This document shows, piece by piece, positions 50,380-62,262 of a stretch of DNA of 64,000 nt. Positions within the stretch are counted from its first letter, which is position 1; the number at the start of each line of letters is the position of its first letter. A model generated the notes under the pieces. It searched no databases. It was not told the origin of the DNA and saw nothing but the letters and a program-made list of their open reading frames with translations. The position numbers were made by a program, and so were the translations under genes. This DNA is from Felis catus (lineage: Eukaryota), in assembly GCF_018350175.1 (NCBI RefSeq), contig NC_058373.1:105836001-105900000 (forward strand), given 5' to 3'.

Positions 50380-50393
50380 CCAGAAGGTGGCAG
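50380..50393 (+). promoter_or_regulatory. CTCF core motif (forward orientation)
   Basis: CCAGAAGGTGGCAG, one deviation from CCASYAGRKGGCRS. Motif match only. Confidence 0.45.
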
Positions 50394-53300
50394 TGTTGCT
50401 TCTCCAAATACCTCACAGATTAGACAGGCTCTTGAATCTAAGGCTAGAAACAAGGTTAGGCTATTTCTGGACTTTCCGCACTTAGTTCACGTGTATACTT
50501 TACAGAAAGGAATGTGAATTAGCTGTACTTTAAAGTTCACCAGTGTAGTAATCCTCAAAATATACACAGAAGTAAAATATAATAAGAATTTTTTAAAGCA
50601 CGATATGAGTCTCAGTAGACATGTATTGAACCTATGTGGAAGTTTCCTTGCTGGGAGTTCTATGTGGAAGACATAGAGAAGCCAAGGACCTTAATTCTTA
50701 ACAACTTTGGAATATACTTGGGAAGCAGAACTGTATTCATAAAATCATCAGAATTTCTCTTAGAATTCTGGTCCCGATCTAGATGCTCCTAGATCTTTCC
50801 TCCTCTGAGACACGACACTGGTTGCTTCCTGTCTAATCCGTAGGGTCTTTCTCCATCCTTAACCTATCATGGCCATATTTGCTTTATCATTTTCATCTGT
50901 TTGGCTTGAACTATCTCCGCACTCTTTATGTTTGGGACTGGAAGGCAAAGAAAAGAAGTCTTGGAGCAGCCCCACTCCAGTGGAAATAAAGGACATTTTG
51001 CAGCCTGTCTTCCCAGACAGCCAAAGAGCTCTGAACCCCAAGATTCTGGATGATTCCTGACTTGAGCCTCACAATCCTCCCAAAGCCAGCATGATATTTC
51101 CCGCAAAAACCCCAGCAGCCTGACCGCCTCATCAAAAGTTTAGTAGCCGAGAACTTAAAAAGAAAAAGAAAAAAAAGGCTACTATTGCTTATGCTCCCGA
51201 CATCAACCATTTTACAAACTGCATTTCAGAATATTTGCTAACATGTCCTGACAAAGAATAATAATTAATCAGAAGCTCCCCAGCTTGCGTGAAGAACAAC
51301 AACAATAATAGTCATTAAGAGCCTGTTCTGGGTCTTTCTCTCATGCTAAGGCTCGAGTTTGGTTGTGATGAAAAGAAAGTCACTGTAAGAACATTACATC
51401 TACGTTACTCAGCTCTCACTCAGGAAGCTTATTAATCTCAGTGAGTAGATCTGGCACAACTTTGCAGAACTCTGGAAGTCACATAGCTGGAGTAGAGGGA
51501 GCGATTCTGTGTATGTTATTTCACCACATTTACAGACCATAGAAATAATGTAGCCAATCGACATGCCCTCACTGACATCTAGTGCTCTGATTTCTCTCCA
51601 CCAGCTCTGATTTGAGATGGTTTGACTAGTTAAAGCTCATTGCACAATGGCTGGTGCTACAGAGCCGGAAATGCCAGGTCAGCAACCAAACCACTAAAGT
51701 CATAAGCGCCTGCTGCATAAATGCCCATGTTTCATCTTTAGCGGGCTTCAAAGTTAAATAGCGAAGACAGACAATGCAAAGAAAAACATGACTGCGGTAA
51801 AACACGGCAACTACACGATGGCTAAAATTAAGTCTTCATATCAATCATGCATTTTTAATGTGAACATTTATGGAAATCTCTCTTAATGTTTAGGCAGTAT
51901 TTTTCTTCATTGGTTATTTATGATGCTGTGAGCTGCAAGCACAAGCTAAATGGGAAAGCCAGAGAATGGGGTTTGCTTAACAGTCGACAACCTTGTCCTA
52001 CTGTAAATAAAAAAGAGAAAGCCCATCATCTCTTCAAGCGCATCTTCATAAATAAACTTAAAAAGAAAAGCCGTCAGAGTCCATCACATCTTTTTTCCTT
52101 CCTAACCTGGAAGTCCCTATTCCATAATGCCTGACTGGTTTCTTTTCTCTACTAGGGGCTCTCCACCATGCGATTTAGTTCACTGTTATTATTTGGCATG
52201 TGAATATCAGGGAAAACATTTTTTAATACAATTGAAGAGCTAATAATTGAATGCCTTCAGCCAAGTGAAAATAGCTCGGGGGGGAGGGAGGGTAGTGCTG
52301 GAGTTTAACATAAAATCAGATCTGAGAGTAGAAAAAAAGGAAGGGGCTTGAGAACCCCAGGAGTGAAACTGGCCCCCTCGTTTGTTCGGTTCTTCAGTGT
52401 TGATGTTGACCTCTCTTTGAATGTAGTCTTTAGTTTGGAATGTGAGTGTGAGATTCCCTGGGAGAATATTAAAGGTCTGCAGTGGACATTGCCCTGGGAC
52501 TGAGCTTCGGCAAACAAATTCTCCCCTGTAAAAATGACTAACCGAGCCCACGTGCTGAGGCTCAAGGCTGGACCGTTGTTTATTTATTTGCACATCCCCC
52601 AAATGAAGATGTATGTCCTAAACAGCCATCCAAGCTATTCTGCCACCTTTGGAGAAACTGAGACTTGATGCTGGCTCCAAGTCTTGAGAAAATGCATTAG
52701 TGCCCACTTTATACTCAGAATAATCCCTAGAAATACCATAAACAGACTTAAGGTGCCTGGAGTAAACAGGAAAGCTGGAACCCACCAGAGGGAACTTGTG
52801 AGGCAGCTGACTTGTGTTTCAGGAGGTGATCCCGTGAGTCACTCGTGACCATTCCCATGTCTACAAGAGCCTTTCCAAGTTCTGTTTTTACAAAGCCAGG
52901 AGATTTTGCCCCCCAGGGGAAATAGAATACAGCAAACAAGATATAATAACTGCACTAAGGAGTTCCACCAGCCCGTTACCTGGCAGGCATGATGGCTTTC
53001 CTCTAACCAGACTGTCATGATTCCAAATCTTAAGAGCAGATCTGCTGATAAAGGTGAACTTCACTTAGCCCAAACCTGACAGACTGCGGGCCATGCTGAT
53101 GTCTACCTTTTGTTGAGCTCATTTCTAAAATAGTACCTTCCCGCCTGGGCACACCACCTGAGGCGATGCGTATTGCCAGAAGAGAGCAAGATAAGAGGGG
53201 GCAAAGCAAGTTAATGGAAACTACACGCACTGTCAGCCTCTCGGAAATGGCTCCAAACAGGAGCATTAGCTGGGCTGGCCCAACAGGCAGGCTGATGATC

Positions 53301-53634
53301 AACACAGAAGACGTTTGGATCAAGCAGATCTCCTTGCTGTGTAAACAGAGGGTAAAGACTTCGATTTCTAGAAAGATTTCCATTTCCATTTCTAGAAGTA
53401 TTCTATAGATTCACACCTAGACTTGGTGCTAACCATCTGTGGGTCAACACATGTGACACCGAGAAGTGTTTTTAAAAATAAAATCGCAATTATTTCTCAT
53501 TCCGAGTTGTGTTACATGAACGTGTTCGCTTTGTGAAAAATTATCGAGCTCTCCACTGAAAGTTGTGTATGCTTCCCTATACTTCAAGAAAAAGTTTCCT
53601 TTTTTTTTTTGTTTTAAGGCAGAGGATTGTTCTA

Positions 53635-54012
53635 GATATGGGGCCAGCAAATTATGGTCTGTGGGTCAAATTCTGCCACCTACTTTTTTTTATGACTGTG
53701 GGATACGAATGGTTTATATAGTTTTAAATGGTTGAAAAAGAACAACAAGAAAACATCGTGTGGCATGTGAAAATTATAGGAATCTCATAAGCTCATAAGT
53801 AAAGTTTTATTGAAACAGCCACATCCCTTCCTATCGCATATTATTTATGGTTCCTTTTATGCTGTAACAACAGAGGTTAGATAGTTGCGAAAGAAAAGTA
53901 TGAGCTGCAAAACCCAAAATACTTATATTTATATTATTTCCATATTGTAGTATATTATTTATATTACATATAAATATTTGTATTTATATCTGGTCCAGAC
54001 AGCGTTTGCTGA
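53635..54012. mobile_element. hAT-Charlie MER58-like element
   Basis: Left end GGGGCCAGCAAATTATGGTCTGTGGGTCAAAT, body AGTAAAGTTTTATTGAAACAGCCAC, right end GTTTGCTGA. Confidence 0.75.
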
Positions 54013-54039
54013 AGAGGGTCAGCAGATTTAAGGAGACCA

Positions 54040-54640
54040 AGAATATGAGACAACCAAATACATGATTTTTGACTGGACCTAGATTAGAAAAAAAAAAAAA
54101 TACTATAAAGGACATTTTGGAAACAATTTGGGAAATATGAGTAAATTCAGTGTATAATTGCACAGTGTTTTTATAACCATGTTAATTTCCAGTGTGATGG
54201 TGGTACTGGGGTTATGTGGGAGAATGTCCTTGATCTTAGGAGAAACTGCAACTTGCAAATGGATGGGAGAGATGTATACACAGAGCAAACAAATGTATCA
54301 CAAATGTGACAAATGTTAACAATCAGTAAATGTAGGTGAGGGATATAAGAGGGTTTATCCTACTATTCTTTAAACACTTTTTTTTTTAATGTTTATTGTT
54401 GAGAGAGAGAGACAGAGACAGAATGTGAGTGGGGGAAGGGCAGACAACAAGGGAGACACAGAATCCGAAGCAGGCTCCAGGCTCTGAGCCGTCAGAACAG
54501 AGCCTGACGTGGGGCTCGAACTCACAAACTGTGAGATCATGACCTGAACCCAAGCCAGACGCTCAACCGAGTGAGCCACCCAGGTGCCCCTAAACACTTC
54601 TATAGATTTAAGAGTTTTCAAAGCAGAAAGTTGGCGAAAA
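54040..54640 (+). mobile_element. Ancient L1M 3' fragment interrupted by a SINE
   Basis: TATAAAGGACATTTTGGAAACAATTTGGGAAAT...AATGTTAACAATCAGTAAATGTAGGTGAGGGATATA. Confidence 0.7.
54378..54590 (-). mobile_element. CAN-SINE
   Basis: TSD TAAACACTT and complete head. Confidence 0.95.
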
Positions 54641-56297
54641 TGAAAAATACAAACCTAAAAACTATAACAACTTAAAAAGAAGTCACCAGGCAGGATGTAA
54701 ATGATCGATCGGTAGTCCACGCTGAGGGTCAACCAGTTAACACGAGTGGCTTGAGGTTTACGCATAAACCTCTTCAGCAGTTATACTTCATCTATCAGCC
54801 CATGGCTCTCATCCTTGTGGTTTTTCTGAATTCTCCTTTCTGTTTTTGCTGAGCTAATTCCAGACTGCCAGGGGTTTACCAAAGATTTACTTGTTATTCG
54901 ATCTCCACATTCAATGCAAAAAGGATAGTGTTTATGCTGCCTTTCGAGAAACTAAAAAAATTACCTCCCACGTAAATGTAGTTTCTAGTTTTTTTTCTGG
55001 CGGGACGTAGAAATCATCGTTAACTGTCACTTTGCCTTTTAAGAATTATTTAATTCCTTGAGGATTTATTATCTCTTTAATCAGAGCAAACTCAACACAC
55101 CAGTAATGATCAGTAATGTACCAGTAATTATACACCATTTTCAACCTATATTTCATCTGTGTATTTTTATGGGAGTTTCTTTTCTAAATTATGCTTTTGT
55201 CTGTGGGCAGTAATTTTGAGGTTTAGGAACCAGCTGAGGTATAGATTATCTTGAAAGGTTGCATATGGATCTGCAAGGGCTTAGAAATTCCATCCAAAAG
55301 CCCTTGCGGGCAGGGGTCATGAAGGATTTGTGGCTCTGGAATGTAATGTCACTCTCGTGACATTATGTCATTGTCACTCTTCAGGACCAGTGCCTCGGCT
55401 CCCATGTTAACTTGTAATATAAAATTTCTCGCAATTAATTTTGTCTCCGTTTGCCAAGCAGAGACTAGGCAGGTTGTAGCTTCTCAAGGAAACCAAATGT
55501 GTTTCAGCATTTGTTTTATTAATGGAGTCCATGGTCTCTTCAAAGCAAAAACGTACATCAGAAATTATCCTTTACCTACTGGCTGAGATTTAAAACAACT
55601 CTCCAACTGTCACAGAAAGGAACTCGGCTGAATTCAATGTAAGATGCATGAACCGGTTTCTAAAAATAAAATTGGAAGTGCTTTAGTTGCTATAACCTTC
55701 ATTCCAGGAAAGTGAGTTATAGGAGTGTCTTATATTGTTTTATGGGACTTGAAGATTAAAATGATTTTTGGTAGACATCATGTCGGCTTCCTATTTGAAT
55801 CGGCCCAGAATGAAGCTGAATAGAATTATTGGGAAAAAGTGAATGACTATTACTGGCAGTGAAAGAACCAGGCATTGCCAATGACTTCTTAAGCGCATAT
55901 ATACACACTTTACACTCCCTTCAAATCTTTTATTGGCCATATCCACAGAGACTGAAGGGTCTATACCAGTGGCACCTCTCAGAGCTGATGTCTGATAGCT
56001 CAAGCTGCTTTATGGCACGATCCACTGCAAAGTTTGGAAGAAGATAATAGGGGTTAGCTCCTGGTGACCCCATTTCTCTAATTCCCGTTCAAGGGCAGCA
56101 ACAGGTAACTTTATCTTCCACCTCCCAGGAGATGAAGCTCTGATGGAAATGAAATGTTTAGTGAGCCCTGTAAACGGCTTTTGCAAAGTAAAGTGCAACA
56201 GTTAAACAATCAGATGCGTGTAGTGAGAATAGTATTTTATATCTTTCCTTCTTGATAACTTATGTTTATTCTCCTTCTATCATTTATGCTGAATCTT

Positions 56298-56499
56298 TTT
56301 TTTTTTTTTTTGAGAGACAGAGTGAGACAAAGTGAGAGCGGGAAAGGGGCAGAGAGAGAGGGAGACACAGGATCGGAAGCAGGCTCTAGGCTCTGAGCTG
56401 TCAGCACAGAGCCTGACGCGGGGCTCAAACCCACAGACCGTGAGATCATGACCTGAGCCGAAGTCGGACACTCAACCGACTGAGCCACCCAGGCGCCCC
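56298..56499 (-). mobile_element. CAN-SINE
   Basis: Perfect 18-bp TSD TCATTTATGCTGAATCTT (56280-56297, 56500-56517). Confidence 0.96.
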
Positions 56500-57564
56500 T
56501 CATTTATGCTGAATCTTAAAGCTGAGGCATATTGCCCCCAGGGAAGAAAGGACACCAAAAATGCCAAGAAGAATGAAAGAATCAGATAGTAGTCTCAAAA
56601 CCCTCTATTGAATTCCAAAACAGGTTTTTAAACCTCTGGCGGAGGCATGTTTGGGAGGGAAAAAAAAAAAAGGTTTCTTGAGCTCTGGAAAGGAAAGAAC
56701 ATCAGGTGCTCAGGACATAGTATTTAGATGATAAAGCACAGTATCTGATTACGAGAGTAGTTTTCCTCAAGCACAGAGGGAAAGAGGGAACACTTCAGGG
56801 ACAGAGCTGCAGAGACGGGAGGGTGGAAAGACTGAACGGGAGTGAAGGACGTGTGTCTCTGTAGAAGGGCCCTCGAGCTGCCACCTCTGGGTCCAAATCC
56901 CCAGAGGGTGTTGACGGCAAGCCCCAGAAAGATGTGGGAAGACAAGGCTGGAGGGGACTGGTGCCCAGCACGCTGTCTGAGATGCTGGGAGGAAATGGCC
57001 TTCCAGCGAGCCCCAGGCCAACACCGAGTAGCCACAGTAAGACGGGAAAGATGGAGCAGGTGCAGAGAGAAAGGAAGTGAGATGGATCCACTGCGCACAG
57101 ATGCTGCCGTGAGTCTCCTACACCTGCAGCACCTGAAGGAAGCCCTGTGTGATCAAGGCCTTGACCACAGTGCCGGGTTACAGAGGAGGGAGAAGGCCTC
57201 CCCCAGTACAGGCTGCAGGCTGGGCAGCCAGCGCCAGAGAAGTGATGGGAAAAGCTGAGTTTCACAAGCTCAGCAGCCAGCAGCCAGAGTTGAATCAGAA
57301 AGAGTCAATAGGGGAGAAAGCTGAACCCAGCAGAGCAATTGCCCTGAGGCGAGCCTGTTGTGTGAATAGGCTTTGAGTTACTGTCAACACTGGATGCCAG
57401 CAGAGAAGCGATTGTAGCCCAAAGGTTTCTCTTTCAATGCCAAGAGTAAACACAAATCCCCCACAGCCTCTGACCCCTCCTGGGGAGATGGGAAGGAGAA
57501 CTGGGAAGAGGCGAAGTGAGGAAATGTGTATGTACCCCTAAAGAGACTGACTTTAAACTGGAAA

Positions 57565-57786
57565 TGGCGATTCCCAACCAGGGCAATTCTGCCCCTCCAG
57601 GGACATTTGAAAATGTCTGGAGAAATTTTCTGGTTGGTACAATGGGGGTGGAGAAGTGACTGCTGGCATCTGTCTAGTCAGCAGAGGCCAGGGATGCTGC
57701 TCAACATGGTACAAGGCACGGGACAGGCTTCCCAACAAAGAGTTCTCCTGCCCAAAATGCGAATAGTGTTGAGGTTGAGGAACCCC
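57565..57786 (+). mobile_element. MER20 (hAT-Charlie MITE)
   Basis: GCCCCTCCAGGGACATTTGAAAATGTCTGGAGA...AGAGGCCAGGGATGCTGCT...GCCCAAAATGCGAATAGTGTTGAGGTTGAGGAACCC. Confidence 0.85.
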
Positions 57787-57789
57787 AAG

Positions 57790-59200
57790 TCAAAGTGATT
57801 GAGTTACCACCATCAGCAGAAATAAAAATATGAGAAATGTTGTTATATTTTTGCACACCCAAGTTCCTATAACTAAACACACGCCCACTATAATACAGAC
57901 ATGGAGAGTAGAAGAAAATGGGGAGCGGAACTTCAAATGGTGAAGTGTAGTTCTGAGAACTGTCAGCATTTAAAGGTTGGGTGGGAAACCAGTAAGGAAG
58001 ACTTGGGAGAGAGAGTACAAAAGGAACAAAGAGAGCGTACAGCCTCATCAAGGCCAAGGGAAAAGAATGGCTCCAGGACGGAATGGCCAAATGTGTAAAA
58101 CACCCTGAGAAGTCAAGATATTTAGTAAAAAGTATATTGGTTGAATTCCAACTCCTGACTCTGAGGGCAGGTGGGAAAGGATGAGATCCAGGGAACAAGG
58201 GAAAGGATTAGCCCTGGATAGAAGTTCCTCCTTCACTCAAAAGGGGGGAAGAGAGGGGTGTAGATACAAGTAAGTTTTTTTTTTTAGTTTATTTATTTAT
58301 TTTGAGAGAGAGAGAGAGAAAACGTGTGGGAGCACGCGTGAGCATGAGTGGGGGAGGGGCAAAGAGAGAGGGAGACAGAATCCCAAGCAGGCTCCATGCT
58401 GTCAGCGCAGAACCTGACTCGGGGCTCAAACTCACAAACTGTGAGATCATGACCTGAGCTGAAATCAAGTCAGATGGACACGTAACCGACTGGGCCACCC
58501 AGGCGCCCCTACACAACAAAGTTTGGAAATTTCTTTGTGAATAGATTGTGCACCTCGCATATCAGAGGCACAATCAATCATCTACTGAAACTGCAAGGGG
58601 ACGTGGAAAAGAGAAGACCACGGTTGTGGGTGATTGGTGAGTCACTCAAGTAAAAAAACGTGGTAGGGTGCATGAGCTGCGTTGAGTGCCCACTTGAGGC
58701 TGGTGATCATGAAACCGTAGTGATAGCACTCAGCGTATTATGTGATAATTTCCTAGCTCTTCTTAACTGCCCGGTGCAATCACAGAGGAGAGACAGAGCT
58801 AGATGTGCCAGCATTGGGTTTTGGTAGGAGCAGTCGTTCTTAACCAGGGTTTGTGTCATTACAAGTTTTTGGACGCCCTCACACACGTGAGTAGACTACC
58901 TCCTGGGCTCCATAAGCCTGATGGTTTACCCTGGACATTTCTGTTTAGAGGAAGTTCTCCAGTGATGTGCAACTTCCGGTTAAGCACCACTCATCCATCT
59001 GGGTGCAAACAAAGACAGACTGGCAAGGGAGTTCACAGGGAGGATTAGAATGATGCGCAGTAAAATCTAAACTAGGTTGGGAAGAGAAGTAGAGACAAAG
59101 AGTCTCACAGAGAAGGATAATAGATCATTAAAGATGGAATAGAGATCTATGAAGATAGGAAGTCTTCATAAAGTCAAATACCGTGTCCCATAGAGAGACA
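57790..59200 (-). mobile_element. Highly diverged L2-like fragments interrupted by a SINE
   Basis: Purine-rich plus strand with L2-like motifs (GAACTGTCAGCATTTAAAGG, GAGAAGTCAAGATA). Boundaries uncertain. Confidence 0.4.
58275..58509 (-). mobile_element. CAN-SINE
   Basis: Head GGGCCACCCAGGCGCCCC at right and T tail at left. Confidence 0.93.
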
Positions 59201-60264
59201 GTTGTGATGGCAAGTTTTAGATTAAGCAGATTCAGAGTTTGTTTTCATTCTCAGAATAAATTTTAATCAAGGGGAAAAAAATAACCTGCAATTTCCCATA
59301 AAGCTGTATTTTCTTATAAAATCCCAGGAATGCTTGTCATTTCTTTGATACTAATTAAACACTGAAGTTTCCAAAGACCAGTTTTGTCATATGACGCTGC
59401 CCGCAGGGGCTACAAGCATTTCCCCTACTAGTCACACACATCTTCCCATGGTGGATGAAAGACAAAGAGACAAACACACCATAGGCACTGAAAAAGGAAA
59501 CCCATGATGAAAAGGGCCGTCCCCACACTGACAACTGGAGCTGTGTGGCCCTTCAATCATCCCACGTAGGCCACAGTGTCTTGTTGTCCAAACCGTGAAA
59601 AAGTAACACTAAGGGAGAGGAAACTATGTGACTTTCTTGTACAATTTGTCCTTCACTATTTCCCTGTAAATTCACTTGCATAATCCTTTTAGAGTAAATA
59701 AAATGATTATTAAAAAGAACATGATTTAAGGATGGAGGCAGAAAGATTTGAATATCCAGGGCCCTAGGAAATGAATTTAGGAGAATTTTTATCTGTGGTC
59801 AGTAAATTATTTGGACAGATCATCTCTTTAAGACCAGTGAATCTTTAAAGTTGTCTGGTTCTAATTCAAGAATATTGGCGATGATCACTGACATTCTTAT
59901 CCCTTCACAATCCTTCAGCCCAACTCTGCCAATGAGGGATTGTGGGGTAGGTCCAATGTGTAACTCAGCTCCAGTAGGGAAAGAACAGAGCTCTGTACCA
60001 GCCTGCATGGCTGAGCAAAGTCCATGAAGAGCAGAGAACACCCTCTGAAAATTGGCCTACTGGCCAGGTCCTGCTTTGACTTTGCTTGACTTCCCTTATT
60101 GGATTCTCCAACACTAAAGGGGTGGTTCCTTCTTGTGCCATTCTTTCAAGGACAAGTTGCTATACTAAAATTTAGTGGCTCCTCAGAGTTTGGGGTTTTG
60201 TTTTTTGTGTTCCCAGAATTGGGTCCAAATTCACTGGAGTGGTAGAAATACTGCTGGAGGGCAG

Positions 60265-60325
60265 AGGGCTGGATCAGATGATCTCTGAAGACCCCTTCTA
60301 GTTCTGCTATTTTATGATTCTAATT
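60265..60325 (+). mobile_element. MIR3/L3-like 3' tail
   Basis: GGGCTGGATCAGATGATCTCTGAAGACCCCTTCTAGTTCTG...ATGATTCT. Confidence 0.55.
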
Positions 60326-61049
60326 TAAGTTCATTGAAAGGTTATGCCAGAACTGTGGATGCCTCACAATATCTTATAAATAAAAATTAGAACAGAGGTG
60401 TCACTGGTCTTCATTGAGAAATCTCTCTCCAAAAATGGAAAAAAGGAATCACTGAAGATATACACGTGGAGACACCAATTTCTAGACAGTAAAGAAGAGG
60501 CCAAAGTAATGCATGGCTGCAGTATGCAGAGTGGCACCCAGAGATTTGAGAATTATGTTCAGGTGATGATCTATGGCTCTGGAGAGTCCAGGCCTGGGAT
60601 GCCAGAATGATTTACGACTACAGAGCTGTGTATAAGAAATTTATCTGGAAGTGGAGTAAAGAATGATGAGCTAGTATCTCAAGTGTAACCCTCTGAGAAA
60701 TAGCTCAATCCTTTTAAAGGTTATAACCAAATATAGGAGCATTTCTAATCTTGATCAACCTTCTGGAAGTGAAAACATATTGAATGCAACCAGAATTATT
60801 GCAGATTTCAATTAATTTCATTCGTTTGGAAATCATCTTTTATTTCTGGAACTCATTTAGTTAGGTAGTGCCTAAATCAAAGCAAAGTACAGATGCCTAG
60901 AGATGCCAAAGCCTAGAGATATTGCCCGGGGTCACTTAGATAATAAAAAACTCCTGAGTCAAACTATGCCAGACTCCTGACTCTGGACTCTTACCCATTA
61001 TGCAATATTAATGTTTTACTAAAGAATTCCATTCAGTCAAATGCTTCTA

Positions 61050-61730
61050 TTGATCAGAGAATCAATGGAAGTTTTAGAATATAATCAGCTTTGTTTTTTA
61101 GAAAGCTCACCCTTGGAGTGGAGTGGAAGATGACCTATGTGGGGAAGAGACTGGTGGCGGGGAAACAGTTTAATGTGCTATTGCAGTAGTCCAAGCAAGA
61201 CAGGAGAAGACCTCCGCTTACATAGTAGCAACGGAGATGGAGACAAGGAATCAAACTTAAATTTTGGTTTTATGATAGAATTAGTAACAGTGTATGCAAA
61301 GCAGGATAATGAGAGTTGAGGGAGAAGGAGTTATCCAGGATGACTCTGTCCTCTAGCTTGGAGCTTGAGTGATGACATTAATGGAAGTGGGGAAATAGGG
61401 AGACAAAAAGGCAAGAACAAGTTGATGAGGAGACAGCAGGATAATGAATCCAGTTTGGGCGCCTGAGGTTATTCAACTAGGTAAGCAGAGCTGAAGACCG
61501 TCATAGGTAGGAGTCACGACCATATGCATAGAGGTCGAAGTCAAGGGAACGGATGAAACCACCCAGAGACAGTGTAGAGAGAGGAGAAAAAGTTCACAAA
61601 CTGGAACCCATGAAACACCAGTATTTACAATATGGGCGAAAAAAGAGGAACCAGCAGAGGACATCAGAAGCAGAGCACTGAGTGGTAGGAGAACTGTGGA
61701 AAGGGTTCCAAGAGGAAAATAACGCAAGGA
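61050..61730 (-). mobile_element. L2 fragment
   Basis: GCTATTGCAGTAGTCCAAGCAAGA...CAGGATGACTC...GAAACACCAGTATTTA...AGAGGAACCAGCAGAGGAC. Confidence 0.7.
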
Positions 61731-61771
61731 AGCCAAGCACAAGAGTTCCAAATATAAATCTTTGGACTTAT

Positions 61772-61861
61772 GGGGCACCTGGCTGGCTCAGTCAGCAGAG
61801 TCTGAGACTCTTATCTTGAGGTTGTGAGTTTGAGCCCCATGTTGGGCATAGAGATTATTTA
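61772..61861 (+). mobile_element. Short CAN-SINE variant without CT region
   Basis: GGGGCACCTGGCTGGCTCAGTCAG...GAGTTTGAGCCCCATGTTGGG followed by an A-rich tail. Confidence 0.85.
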
Positions 61862-61875
61862 AAAATAAAGCCTTT

Positions 61876-62091
61876 GGGGCGCCTGGGTGGCGCAGTCGGT
61901 TAAGCGTCCGACTTCAGCCAGGTCACGATCTCGCGGTCCGTGAGTTCGAGCCCCGCGTCAGGCTCTGGGCTGATGGCTCAGAGCCTGGAGCCTGTTTCCG
62001 ATTCTGTGTCTCCCTCTCTCTCTGCCCCTCCCCCGTTCATGCTCTGTCTCTCTCTGTCCCAAAAATAAATAAACGTTGAAAAAAAAATAAA
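61876..62091 (+). mobile_element. Young cat-type CAN-SINE with intact A and B boxes
   Basis: TGGCGCAGTCGG and GTTCGAGCC with CpGs retained. TSD AAAATAAA(G/A)CCTTT. Confidence 0.97.
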
Positions 62092-62107
62092 AAAATAAAA
62101 CCTTTAT

Positions 62108-62262
62108 GGGTGCTTGGATGGCTCAGTTGGTTGAGCGTCCGACTCTTGATCTCAGCTCAGTTCTCGATCGCAGGATGGCGAGTCCAAACCCCACATGGGG
62201 CACCACGCTGGGCGTGGAGCCTACTTCAAAAAATAATAAAATAAAAAATTTTAAAATAAGTA
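62108..62262 (+). mobile_element. Short CAN-SINE variant without CT region
   Basis: GGGTGCTTGGATGGCTCAGTTGGTTGAGCGTCCGACTCTTGATCTCAGCTCAG...GGAGCCTACTT plus A tail. Confidence 0.88.

Noticed and set aside
53360..53408. Two TTCTAGAA palindromes resembling a heat-shock element
   Set aside because: The third nGAAn unit is out of register in both cases.
56878..56891. CTCF-like CCCAGAGGTGGCAG (minus), plus similar partial matches at about 8065, 47851 and 52640
   Set aside because: Several mismatches or a gap in the 5' half of the core.
56724..57376. Overlapping 124-156 aa ORFs in a GC-richer patch
   Set aside because: Open on both strands because of base composition. No recognisable domain or convincing splice sites.
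5281..62262. tRNA-like A/B boxes
   Set aside because: All belong to CAN-SINE heads. No standalone cloverleaf tRNA gene was seen.
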